64,000 bases of DNA from Candidatus Aminicenantes bacterium (GTDB lineage Bacteria; Acidobacteriota; Aminicenantia; Aminicenantales; JAFGBC01). Below, one piece after another: positions 50,194-59,799 of this stretch. The notes under the pieces are model-generated. The model did no database searches. It saw only the letters and a program-made list of their open reading frames with translations, and was not told the DNA's origin. The stretch lies in NCBI GenBank assembly GCA_963702005.1, contig OY969696.1:4000001-4064000 (forward strand), read 5' to 3'. The translations under genes and the position numbers were made by a program. Numbering within the stretch: position 1 is the stretch's first letter; each line of letters opens with the position of its first letter.

Positions 50194-51060
50194 TCAGGCT
50201 TTCATCGAATCGATCAACTGCCGCAGCAGCGCGAAGTCGGTCTCCCGCCGGTAAAGGGGCTCTTTTCTGACTTGGTAGGCGCTTAACGTCTCTTCAAAAG
50301 GCTTCTTCTTGTCATTGAGATAAAAAATCCCCAGCGGGAGCGTGTCGGTCTCGATCGCCCGCCGAAACGCCGCCTGCCGGTCATAGGGATCGTGGGTCGG
50401 CTCCAGATAGCCGATGCGCTCTTTGAACCACTGATAAGTGTTGACCTTGTTGAATGAAACGCACGGCTGGAGAATATCGACCAGCGCGTAGCCGGCTCGA
50501 TGCTTCAACGCTTTTTGCAGGATCGCCACCGTCGCTTCGACATCCGCGCAGTAAGCCCGGGCGACAAACGAGGCGTCGAGCGCTATCGCCACCGCCAGAG
50601 GATTGAAAGGCGCTTCGCTGACCCCGTCCACCTGGACCGGAGTTCTGAAATTCAACTGGCTGGTCGGCGAAGCCTGCCCCTTGGTCAGGCCGTAGACCAT
50701 GTTATTATGGACGATATTGACGATCCCCGGGTTTCGGCGGATCGCGTGGATGAAATGGTTCCCCCCTTCTCCGTACATGTCGCCGTCGCCGCTTTCGGCG
50801 ATGACCACCAGGCCGGGATTGGCCGCTTTGATCGCGGTGGCCGGGGGAAGAGCCCGCCCGTGCAAGCCGTTGAAGATATGGGTTTTCAGGTAGTGGGGCG
50901 CCTTCGCCGCTTGGCCGATTCCGGAAACGATGACCAGATTTTCCGGCTCGATGTCCAGGCCGGCCAGCGCCTCTTTCAGGATCGTCAGGATCCGGAAATT
51001 CCCGCAGCCCGGGCACCAGGCGATATCGATCGGCCCCGGATCAAAGTCCTTTTTTTCCAT
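50194..51060 (-). CDS. korB: 2-oxoacid:ferredoxin oxidoreductase beta subunit
   Basis: [25 protein letters not shown] motif, [11 protein letters not shown]. Confidence 0.93.
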   Translation of the reverse strand: MEKKDFDPGPIDIAWCPGCGNFRILTILKEALAGLDIEPENLVIVSGIGQAAKAPHYLKTHIFNGLHGRALPPATAIKAANPGLVVIAESGDGDMYGEGGNHFIHAIRRNPGIVNIVHNNMVYGLTKGQASPTSQLNFRTPVQVDGVSEAPFNPLAVAIALDASFVARAYCADVEATVAILQKALKHRAGYALVDILQPCVSFNKVNTYQWFKERIGYLEPTHDPYDRQAAFRRAIETDTLPLGIFYLNDKKKPFEETLSAYQVRKEPLYRRETDFALLRQLIDSMKA

Positions 51061-52748
51061 TAGGCTATCGCCTCAATCTTGGCGCTCAGGGCTTCGACCG
51101 AAAAAGGCAGCCCGTCATAGCGGAGGATCTTATGACCGACATCGAACCCGGTCTGAAGCTTGAGCAGTTGGCAGAACTGGCCGGTCGCGTTATTTTCGAC
51201 CGCGATCAGCTTAGAGGCCTTTTTCAGATATTTCGACGTATCGGGATGAAGCGGATAGACCTGACGGAAATGGAGACAGGCCGTCCCTTTCCCGCCCAGT
51301 CGCGCCAGCGCCTCCTTGATGACGTTCCCGTTCGATCCCCAGCCGAGGATTAAAGTCCGATAATCGGCCGGCCCGGTCAGCTCCGGCGCCAGCGCCGCGG
51401 CGGCCAGTCCCTCTTTTTTCTTGAGCCTTTTATCGACGATGCGGACCCGCCAGTCGAGGTCTTCGCTGATATGGCCGTCCGCGTCATGTTCGTCGCTGTC
51501 GACGGCCACCAGGCCGCGGCCGTAGCCGGGAATGGCGCGCGGCGAAACGCCGTCTTCGGTCAAAGCGTAGCGTTGATAGCCCGGCTCCGACTCGACGAAG
51601 TACTTCTCGGCCGGGCCGGACGGCTCCAGCCCGGGGACATTGTAATAAGAATCCATCAGGTATTGGTCGGTCATGATGAAAACCGGCACTTGGAAGCGGT
51701 CGGCCAGGTTGAAAGCGTGGCGGGTCAGGTCGAAGGTTTCTTCAATGCTCCCCGGCGCCAGGATGGCGCGCGGAAATTCGCCGTGGCCGGCATAAAGCGC
51801 GAAGCTGAGGTCAGCCTGCTCCGTCCTGGTCGGCAATCCGGTCGCCGGCCCCGGCCTTTGGCCTAAATTGATGACGACCGGAAGCTCCAGCATCCCGGCC
51901 AGGCTTAAGCCTTCGACCATCAGAGCAAAACCGCCCCCCGAACTGGACACCAAGGCCCGCGCGCCGGCGTACCAGGCCCCGAGCGCCATGTTCATCGCCG
52001 CGATCTCGTCTTCCGCCTGCTCCACGACAAGGCCGAAAGTCTTAGCCTGCTGGGCCAGAAAAGTCATCACGCCGGTCGCCGGCGTCATCGGATAGGCGGC
52101 GATAAAATTGCAGCCGCCGGCCAGCGCTCCCAGCGCCATCGCTTCCGCCCCGCTCAGCAACGGCTCGGCGGCCGCCTGGGGATCGGGCTGGACATCGAAT
52201 CGTATGTTCAATCCTTGCCCGATCAGGTAACCGGCCTGGGCCGCCTGGACGTTGTTTTCGATGGTCGCCCGGTCTTTGCGCGAAAAATAGCGACGGAGAA
52301 AACTTTCGACGGTCTCGCGGGCGACCGAAAAAAGCCCGGCCACGACACCGATCGCGATCGTATTGGCATAGAGCTTGTCGCCGATCTCCAGGGCTTTAGC
52401 GCTGAATGGAACTTCAACGATCCGGCAGACCCCCGCTTCGCAGGTTTCGTCGATATTGTCCTTTTCGCCCAGGATCACGGTCGAAGAAGCGATCCTTTTT
52501 TGGAGATGCGAAGTCCGGCCCTTGTCGAGCGGTATCAGGATATCGATCCGGTCGCTGTAAGCCGCCACCCGTCGGGAGGAGACTCTGATCGAGGTGGAAT
52601 TGACCCCGCCCCGGATGCGGGACATATACTCTTTAGTGGCGAAGACGTGATAGCCGCTCAGCTTGAGAAGCCGGGTCAGGACCTGCTCGATCGTCTGGAT
52701 CCCCTGGCCGGCTTCGCCGCACAGGACCAGAGAAACGTCATCGGGCAT
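51060..52748 (-). CDS. korA: 2-oxoacid:acceptor oxidoreductase alpha subunit
   Basis: [39 protein letters not shown]. Confidence 0.93.
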   Translation of the reverse strand: MPDDVSLVLCGEAGQGIQTIEQVLTRLLKLSGYHVFATKEYMSRIRGGVNSTSIRVSSRRVAAYSDRIDILIPLDKGRTSHLQKRIASSTVILGEKDNIDETCEAGVCRIVEVPFSAKALEIGDKLYANTIAIGVVAGLFSVARETVESFLRRYFSRKDRATIENNVQAAQAGYLIGQGLNIRFDVQPDPQAAAEPLLSGAEAMALGALAGGCNFIAAYPMTPATGVMTFLAQQAKTFGLVVEQAEDEIAAMNMALGAWYAGARALVSSSGGGFALMVEGLSLAGMLELPVVINLGQRPGPATGLPTRTEQADLSFALYAGHGEFPRAILAPGSIEETFDLTRHAFNLADRFQVPVFIMTDQYLMDSYYNVPGLEPSGPAEKYFVESEPGYQRYALTEDGVSPRAIPGYGRGLVAVDSDEHDADGHISEDLDWRVRIVDKRLKKKEGLAAAALAPELTGPADYRTLILGWGSNGNVIKEALARLGGKGTACLHFRQVYPLHPDTSKYLKKASKLIAVENNATGQFCQLLKLQTGFDVGHKILRYDGLPFSVEALSAKIEAIA

Positions 52749-52905
52749 TCTTGTCGTTCTCGGCCACGAACTTCTTGATATCTTCGATATGCTCGAGGAT
52801 CAGCTTGGCCTTGGTGAGGCCGAACGAGAACGGAAATTTCTCGCCCTCATTTCTCTTCAACACCAGCAACGGATTCCCCTTATATTCGGAACGTTCGGCG
52901 ATCAT
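52738..52905 (-). CDS. Small hypothetical protein (55 aa)
   Basis: AAGGAG RBS, EYKGNP..VL....KFPFSFGL.KAKLILEHI.DIKKFV, overlaps the korA start. Confidence 0.8.
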   Translation of the reverse strand: MIAERSEYKGNPLLVLKRNEGEKFPFSFGLTKAKLILEHIEDIKKFVAENDKNAR

Positions 52906-52971
52906 CGCGCGCTCCTTTCCTTGCCCGGAACGATTATACCTCACTGAATTCAATAGAAGATAGTCGTAAAG

Positions 52972-53921
52972 CTAATAACGAAAGCGGTAGTCGTCCACGG
53001 CCCGGAGAAAGGCCAGGATGTTTTCCCAGGGCACTTCGGGCTCGAGGACATGGGTCGGGCATGGGAAGTAGCCGGTCGGGCCGAGGACATCGATCGTCCT
53101 CTGGACGGTCTTATAGACGTCGTCGGGCGAGGAGAAGGGCATCGTCGTCTGCGTCCCGACCCCGCCCCAAAAGATCAGGCGGTCCCCGAACGTTTTCTTG
53201 ACCTCGGCCAGGTCGAGGCACTCCGGCTGCAGGGGGTTGAGCACCGTGACCCCGATCTCGACGAGGTCGGGAATGATGTCACGGCAATTGCCGTCGCTGT
53301 GGTAACAGACGGGGAGGTCGGGCCGCGCCTCGCGCGCCGAGCGGATGACCGCGGCGTGCCGGGGCTTGAACCATTCGCGATACATTCCGGGGCTCATGAG
53401 CATGGCCCTCTGCGTCCCCAGGTCGTCCCCGATCTTGAGCATGTCCACGCCCGCCTCGGCGAAGCGCCGCGCCTGGAAGCGGCGGATCGAGGTGATCCGA
53501 TCGAGCAGATATTCGGCGAAGGACGGGTTAAAGGCCAGGTCACTGAACAGCTCGGCCATCCCCCGCAGGTGCCAGGCGATCTCGAAAATCGTCCACTCCA
53601 TGAAACCGATGACGAACAGCCCGCGCTCGTGGAGGTGTCGGATTCGGCCCTCAAGATGCGCGTGCCGCGCCGGCGGCGTCAGGTCGGGGAAAGGATAGCG
53701 CTCGAGCTCCGCGATCGAGGCGAGCCGGAGCATGGGGTGTTCGAGCCGAACGAAGTGGTACAGCGAGCCGTCCCTGACGCCGACGCCCCATTCTCCGACC
53801 TCCCAACCGGCCGGGTTCCAGAAGCGCGGCAGGCCGTCCGGAAAATAGGCGCTGAAATCCGCGAGGTCGATCGGCGGCGCGAAAAAAACATCTGCTCCTC
53901 GATCAAGCGGCGCATCGGCAT
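52972..53921 (-). pseudogene. Uroporphyrinogen decarboxylase (UroD/MtaA) family protein, N-terminus disrupted
   Basis: GDDLG.Q, HSDG, LNPLQP, PTH.LEPEVPWEN. Homology extends to about 53890 (EWGVG, HPM), but the RBS-preceded ATG 53921 is out of frame at a T7 run. Confidence 0.75.
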
Positions 53922-53957
53922 CCGATCCTCCGGTCCGGGGCCGCAGGGAGCGCCCCC

Positions 53958-54065
53958 TTACCCTCCGCCCCTGAGCGCCGTATCGTACATGGCCACGATA
54001 TTCTCCGGCGGCGTGACGGCGCTGATGTCGTGGCTCGATGCCAGAATGTAGCCGCCGCCGGTGGC
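53958..54065 (-). pseudogene. C-terminal fragment of a second UroD-family gene
   Basis: Translates as ATGGGYILASSHDISAVTPPENIVAMYDTALRGGG*. Confidence 0.75.
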
Positions 54066-54512
54066 CTCGAATTCGATTTACCGCTCACCTTCAATAAGTT
54101 CGAGTGGGACAGGCGGGCCGAATATACGGTTTATCCCGACGACCATATCGGCCGTCCTCGGGGCGCGGCGCTCGCCCACCCGACCGCGGACCAGGCCGTC
54201 CCTCCGGCGGGGCGGCCTTTCGGGCTCGACGACCACGCCTGGGGTTCCAACGACTTCCGAAGCTCGAAGCGGGGAATCTATTGGGCCAGGTTATCCGGTC
54301 CGGGCGGTTCCGTCCGGGTCGTCTCGGACGGGACGCAGACCGTCCGCTGCGCGGTCACGTCCCACGAAGTCTCGCTCAAGGTGCTGGACTTCTACGGCGG
54401 ATCGGGAGGACCCAAGGAATGGTCGGTCCTCGGCTTTCACTACGGGGCCGGCCGGCTGATAAAAACCGGAGAGACGGTCAAGGGCACGGTGAGGCTGAAG
54501 CTCATAGAATGA
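54060..54512 (+). pseudogene. C-terminal fragment of a GH2/beta-galactosidase-like gene
   Basis: W.R.....YPDDHIGRP.G.A and NDFRSSK..I..A.L motifs, no start or RBS. Confidence 0.6.
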
Positions 54513-54514
54513 AG

Positions 54515-54799
54515 CCCGGCCGGTGTCTGGGAAGACCGGATATGGGCTGGCCGCCGGCTCTCTTCCTCCAGAGTCTTCAGGTCATAAGGATCGAACCGCC
54601 GCTTCCAGCGATAAAACGTTTGGGCGGAGATCCCAAAATAACGGCAGGTCCGACGGGCGTTCCCGTATCGGCCGTAATACTCGAACCAACGCAGCCGCTT
54701 GGCGGCTTCTCGCGTGATTGTCCCCTGACGAACGATGGACCGGATGTACTCCGAGCCTGGGATGATGAATCCATGGTTTGCAGGGGGCTTTACGTACAT
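54515..54799 (-). mobile_element. Truncated IS481-like transposase (N-terminal HTH only)
   Basis: RLRWFEYY....NARRTCRYFGISAQTFYRWKRRF....L.EESRRP. No integrase core. Confidence 0.75.
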
Positions 54800-54827
54800 G
54801 GCGACACCTATCATAGCCCATGGTGTT

Positions 54828-55361
54828 GGCGCCGTAGCCGCCGCCAACGCTCACCATGCCGACTTCGATGAGCGTGAGCCCAATCAACGTCACCACCGTG
54901 CCGGTGACAATTGGCGTGATCACCGCGCTCGCGTAGCGAATGAACCGGCTGGCGAGCATCACAACGAACTCTCCGGCGAAGCACAGCCCGAACACGACGC
55001 CGAGCGCACGTTGCGGGCTCGCGCCGGAGGCCATCACGATGCCCGCCGCGGAGATCACCGGCGCGATGAACGTGAAGCTCGTTCCCTGAATGCTCAGCAG
55101 CCCGGAGCCCACGGGCCCGATCTGGCGTGTCTGCAGAATCGTGGCGGCATCGGACACGAACAAAGACATGCTGACGAGATACGCCGTCTCCGCCGCACCC
55201 AGTTTCAGCGCGCCGGCGATCAGCAGCGGCGGCGTCACCATGCCCACGAACGTCGCGAACACGTGCTGAAGCGCGACGAGCAGCGTCTTCTACAGCGGCG
55301 GGGAATCGTTCAGACCATAGATGAGGTCCGTGCTCGCGGCGGCAGGCTTCTGCGCGGCCAT
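54828..55361 (-). pseudogene. Xanthine/uracil (NCS2) permease, nonsense-mutated and truncated
   Basis: LIYGLNDSPPL*KTLLVALQHVFA (TAG at 55290-55292), GSGLLSIQGTSF, P.VTG.VV..IGL.L. Cut after GGGYGA. Confidence 0.85.
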
Positions 55362-55375
55362 GCGTGGCTACGGCG

Positions 55376-56509
55376 TCACTTGTCGTACGGAGGAGTGCGG
55401 TCGCGATATCTCGCCCAGTGCCCGACGATCTCGTTCACCACCACCGAGCCCACGCGATACGCCGCTTCCACCGAAGCGGAAAGACCTACGTATCCCTCGT
55501 TCTCGCGCAACAGGTGTTCGGCTGCGGTCATGCCGCCCGGCGGCTGCATCGTGAAGTTGCTGGCCGTGCGCAGAACCATCACCCGGTCTTTGTTCACCTT
55601 GCCAGTGGGATGCAGATACGTGAGCGCCCGATACGTACCGGTGTCTTCCATCGCGGAGGTGACGAAGTTGCCTTTGCCCTCCGTCCAGTAGCTCACCCAG
55701 CGATCGGCCCACTCGTTGAGAATCTTTCCGTGCCAGAACGTCATGGCCGCCAGGTTGTCGCCCTTCAGCACGAACGGCGGCTTCTGCGCATTCGGATAGC
55801 CGGTGTATTGCGCGCGCTCCTTCTGCAGCGAAGGGTCGTCATCCAGCACGACGTTGCGAGTCATCTGATACGCCCACTCGGTGAGCGCGCCATTCAGATG
55901 AAACATCTCACCGGTGGGCTCGGGCTTTTTCGGGTCGTAGGGCTTGCGCGTGTCGCGCGCGAAGTAACCCGTTGGCCAGTCCGGTGGCATCTCGCGCGCG
56001 TCGATCTCGTGTGCGAGATCGCCGTCGACGAGATATTCAGCCCAGGCGGCGGAGCCGATCGAGGCATCCTGCGGATCCACGCCCGCGATGCCGGCCACGA
56101 GCCAGTACGCGTGCGAGAGATCGAAGCGCGGGTCCGTGCCGAGCTCCATCACCGCAGTGGCAGAGTTCGCCGTGCCCATGCCGGTGACCATGCCGAGCAC
56201 GCCGGTTTCGCGATTGAAATAGAGGTCGTGGTGATGGGCGAACAGAAAGCGCTCGTTGAGCTTTTGCCGCTCGTGCCACAACTGGAATTCGCCGGCGACA
56301 TCGCCCGAGTCCGCCCCGATTTCAAACATCGTGACGACCACGACCCTGACCTCGATCGGCCTCGTGTCGCTCGCCTTCGCAGGCGTGGCGGCCTGCATTC
56401 CGGAAGTGGACGCACAGCCCGCAAGCACACACGCTGCTGCCGCCACCAAAGCGGCACGCAGCAGCGTGTGAAGCCTGAAGGATAGGAAATTCCTTTTTTC
56501 GTGCAGCAT
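55376..56509 (-). CDS. Purine nucleoside permease (NUP family) lipoprotein
   Basis: VVVTMFE.G.D.GD..GEFQ.W, DPRFDLS.AYWLVAGIAG, AMEDTG, LRTASN, lipobox LAGC. Confidence 0.9.
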   Translation of the reverse strand: MLHEKRNFLSFRLHTLLRAALVAAAACVLAGCASTSGMQAATPAKASDTRPIEVRVVVVTMFEIGADSGDVAGEFQLWHERQKLNERFLFAHHHDLYFNRETGVLGMVTGMGTANSATAVMELGTDPRFDLSHAYWLVAGIAGVDPQDASIGSAAWAEYLVDGDLAHEIDAREMPPDWPTGYFARDTRKPYDPKKPEPTGEMFHLNGALTEWAYQMTRNVVLDDDPSLQKERAQYTGYPNAQKPPFVLKGDNLAAMTFWHGKILNEWADRWVSYWTEGKGNFVTSAMEDTGTYRALTYLHPTGKVNKDRVMVLRTASNFTMQPPGGMTAAEHLLRENEGYVGLSASVEAAYRVGSVVVNEIVGHWARYRDRTPPYDK

Positions 56510-56560
56510 GAAAACGCCGGCTTCAGGCTCGAAATCAACCCTTCCCCTCACAAAATGAGG
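56480..56560 (-). mobile_element. IS91/ISCR-like oriIS end
   Basis: CGAAAAAAGGAATTTCCTATC followed by CTTC, matching the TTCCTAT terminus of IS91-family oriIS. Confidence 0.5.
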
Positions 56561-56632
56561 ATATCCCGGCCGTAGTCGATCGCGCCGATCGAGAGCGGCG
56601 GGGGGTGTCCGGTTCGATAGCCCCATCTTAAG

Positions 56633-57106
56633 TTATTTGCTCTTGCGGATCTTCTCCAGCGTCGCTTTGGCCTCGGGAACCTGGGCCAGGAAAGCCGTAA
56701 GCTTCTGGCAGGGGTATTCGGCGCAATAGGCGCAGTTTTGAACTTTCTTATCCCTGGCGCACTTGCGGATCTCACAGATGCGGCAATAATTGAAGATTCT
56801 CTGCGAATCGCTGGGGCAACCGTCGCAGTTGACGTCTTCGGGTTTTATCTTGGATTTAAATTGCTCCGACCACTTTTTCGCCGTTTCCGCCCGCATCGCG
56901 TCGTCGTTCTTCTGGGTGGCGATATAGGCCGGGCATTCGCTACAGGTGATCCCGCAGTAGGCTATCATTTTCTCCTGAGGCTTCTTGGGCTGACCTTCCT
57001 GCCGGGCCGATGATCTCGCGCTCCGGAACAGCAACGGGATGCCCAAGCCGGCGAGCGTCATTTTCAGACATGTCTGGCAGAACTCCTTACGTGTTTGCGT
57101 TTTCAT
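56633..57106 (-). CDS. DUF3795 family Cys-rich protein with export-like leader
   Basis: CGITCSECP, CDGC, CEIRKCA, NCAYCAEYPC. AAGGAGGTGA RBS. Confidence 0.88.
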   Translation of the reverse strand: MKTQTRKEFCQTCLKMTLAGLGIPLLFRSARSSARQEGQPKKPQEKMIAYCGITCSECPAYIATQKNDDAMRAETAKKWSEQFKSKIKPEDVNCDGCPSDSQRIFNYCRICEIRKCARDKKVQNCAYCAEYPCQKLTAFLAQVPEAKATLEKIRKSK

Positions 57107-57298
57107 AGCATCACCTCCTTGTACGGTTTCCTGGCCGACAGCCAGGCCAGAGTCATTATTGTATTCCATGATACGGCGTTTCATCATCAAAAATCAAACC
57201 GCTGAACATCGCGGAACACGAGAATGGGTACAGAAGCCGGCCCTCCATGAAGTACTCGCGGGCTCAGTCCGGCCTGAGACGGTCGGCTTCGGCGGAAA

Positions 57299-58165
57299 TC
57301 AGCGAGCCTTAGGGACTTTGAGTTCGATGAGCTCGCGGACCTGGCGGACGAGCTCAGGGACGGTTGTTTCGAAAATGATCTTGCCCTTCTCTTTTGTGGC
57401 CAGAGTCGGGTCGCCGTAGATTCCGGTCGGACTGTAATTGCCCTTGCCCTTCGGGTCGCGGGTAAGGCCTCTCCGGTCCGGACGAGGGTCAAAATCCTTC
57501 ACCGCTTTGGTCATGTCGACTTTCTCGGGGGCAACATAGAGCATCATCGACGTCTCTTCCTCGTCGGCATGAGTCCCCCCTTCCTGTTCGAGAAGGCCCT
57601 CGGGAAGCTGCTCCTTCTCCTCGAACAGCCCCGTGTACCAGAGGAGGATTCCTGATTTCTCGAGTTCATCCTTGGCCTCGCCGAGGGGAAATCGAGTGGA
57701 GATGCCGAAGTTGAGGATATAGAACTTCTTGATCCCATAGCCGCTCATGGATCGGCAGATATCGACGACGAAGCTCTTGAATGTCTCCCGCCCGATGGAA
57801 ACGGAGCCGGGGTATTCTAAAAACGAGGGGTAGAACCCGTACTCGATCGTGGGAAGGACGGCCACCGGCACCTCTCGAATCACCCGGTCCCTGAGAGCCT
57901 CGGCCAGGATGAAGTCCGTGTTGAGGGGGAGGTGGGGACCGTGTTCCTTGGACCTGGCTCCCAAGGCGATGAGGACAACGTCGTATGTCTTTAATGCTTT
58001 TTCGGCCTCAACCCAAGTCAGGTTTTCGAGAAGGACGGAGCTTGTTGATCTCTGCTGAATGGCGGAAGGAGTCTTCTCGTACGGGGCCGCGGTCCAAGCG
58101 GCCGACACCCCCAACGCGACGAATAATGGAATAAAGACCGTCAAACCCCGTTTTAGGCCGCCCAT
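57299..58165 (-). CDS. Creatininase (creatinine amidohydrolase) family protein
   Basis: EHGPHLP..TD, HADEEETS, GIYGDP..AT.EKG, hydrophobic leader. Confidence 0.9.
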   Translation of the reverse strand: MGGLKRGLTVFIPLFVALGVSAAWTAAPYEKTPSAIQQRSTSSVLLENLTWVEAEKALKTYDVVLIALGARSKEHGPHLPLNTDFILAEALRDRVIREVPVAVLPTIEYGFYPSFLEYPGSVSIGRETFKSFVVDICRSMSGYGIKKFYILNFGISTRFPLGEAKDELEKSGILLWYTGLFEEKEQLPEGLLEQEGGTHADEEETSMMLYVAPEKVDMTKAVKDFDPRPDRRGLTRDPKGKGNYSPTGIYGDPTLATKEKGKIIFETTVPELVRQVRELIELKVPKAR

Positions 58166-58408
58166 ATTCCACCCCCTCGGTTGGATAAGGAATTATTTAT
58201 TCTCGCGGGTTCCCTCTCCCATTCTTCCCATCGGAATCCCGGCGCCTTCCCGCCGAGACGTCATGGACCCAGAGCATATATTCCGGCCGAACTTGTGTCA
58301 AGGTCGGCCGGAATCCTTCCCCTTCCGATTGATCGCTCCCATTTTCTGTGATATTAAGAAAGGACGAAAATTAGCTGCTATAAAGAATCAAGCCCCGCGG
58401 GAGATGAC

Positions 58409-59767
58409 ATGAAAACGAAGCGCATATCTTATAAGATATTTATCGACATCGCCCCGGCCGTCGTTGTCCTCGCCGTCCTCGTCATCTTGACCTTCCTCGG
58501 CCCGGCCCTCAACGCCCAAGAAACCGCACAGAATCAATCCCCGCCCCGCCTCAAGTTCTCCTTCATCGAGCGGATCCGCCAGGAGAGCTCGGACAACGTC
58601 ACCAGCCTCAACGAATCTCTCGCCGACAGCTCCGCCTACATCCGCTTCCGGACGAGTCTGGCCGCCCAATGGCTCCCCTCTCCCAAGCTCGAGTTCGCCG
58701 TCAAGCTCACCAACGAAAACCGCTACTACATCGCGCCCAAGTCCGACCCCAGGCTCAAGAAAAACTACGACATCAACGAGGTCTTCTTCGACCAGCTCTA
58801 CCTCCGCTGGAAAAAGCCGGCCGAGCTTCCTTTCACACTGACCTTAGGCCGCCAGGACGTGCAGCTCGGCGAAGGCTTTATCATCTTCGACGGCGGGCCG
58901 CTCGACGGCTCCCGTTCGGCCTACTTCAACGCCGTCCGGCTCGATTGGGCAGCCGGCCCCAAGACGACCTTGACGAGCTTCTACCTGAGCCAGCCCCGGA
59001 CCGACAAGCTCCTGCCGCTCATCCACGATGTCGGCCAGAACATGGTCGAGCAGGACGAGGCGGGTTTCGGCCTCTACGGCCTGGGTTCCCTCGCCAAGCT
59101 CAATTGGGAAGCGTACCTCTTCCGGAAGACGATCCGCCGGACCGGCCCGCTCCCCGGCTCCGGGATCACCAACGTCGGCGGGAGGATCCAAGCTCCATTC
59201 GGCCCCCGCCTGTCCCTCACGACCGAGGCCGCCCTCCAATCCGGCTCCTACGGCGACAAGGATCGCATCGGATTCGGCGGCTATTTCCACATGGACTTCA
59301 AAACTCAGGCCGCCCCGCCCTGGCCGACCGTCCTGACCTTGGGGGGAATCTACCTCAGCGGAGACGACCCGGCCACATCCGACAAATATGAGGGCTGGGA
59401 TCCGGCCTTCAGCCGCTGGCCGAAGTGGAGCGAGTCGCTCATTTACCTCTTCGCCCGCGAAACCCGCCCCGCCTTCTGGACGAACTTCGTTTCCCTCCAC
59501 GGCACCCTCAATTTCAACCTCCGGGACAACCTCCGTCTGATCCTGACCTGGCATCGTCTTTGGGCGGCCCAAGCGACTCCGGCCACGGCCACCCTAAGCG
59601 GCGTCGGCAAGGACCGGGGCGACCTCTTCCTGGCCCGCTTGAATTTCGAAATCAGCAAGCACGTCTCCGGCCATTTCCTCTGGGAAAGCTTCCGGCCGGG
59701 CGACTATTATTTCCGCGGAGCCCAGAGCTACGCCTGGGTCCGCTTCGAGCTCATCTTCCGCTATTGA
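58409..59767 (+). CDS. Alginate-export (AlgE-like) outer-membrane beta-barrel
   Basis: Signal peptide, LGRQD..LGEG, DGSRS..FNA.R, YLSGDDP.T, C-terminal FRY. Confidence 0.8.
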   Translation: MKTKRISYKIFIDIAPAVVVLAVLVILTFLGPALNAQETAQNQSPPRLKFSFIERIRQESSDNVTSLNESLADSSAYIRFRTSLAAQWLPSPKLEFAVKLTNENRYYIAPKSDPRLKKNYDINEVFFDQLYLRWKKPAELPFTLTLGRQDVQLGEGFIIFDGGPLDGSRSAYFNAVRLDWAAGPKTTLTSFYLSQPRTDKLLPLIHDVGQNMVEQDEAGFGLYGLGSLAKLNWEAYLFRKTIRRTGPLPGSGITNVGGRIQAPFGPRLSLTTEAALQSGSYGDKDRIGFGGYFHMDFKTQAAPPWPTVLTLGGIYLSGDDPATSDKYEGWDPAFSRWPKWSESLIYLFARETRPAFWTNFVSLHGTLNFNLRDNLRLILTWHRLWAAQATPATATLSGVGKDRGDLFLARLNFEISKHVSGHFLWESFRPGDYYFRGAQSYAWVRFELIFRY

Positions 59768-59799
59768 CCGGTCGAACCGAAACATAGAAGGAGGCAAGC

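Noticed and set aside
55290-55292. Pyrrolysine or stop read-through at the in-frame TAG of the NCS2 permease
   Set aside because: The gene is also truncated by an IS fragment and no pyl genes are in the window, so ordinary decay is simpler.
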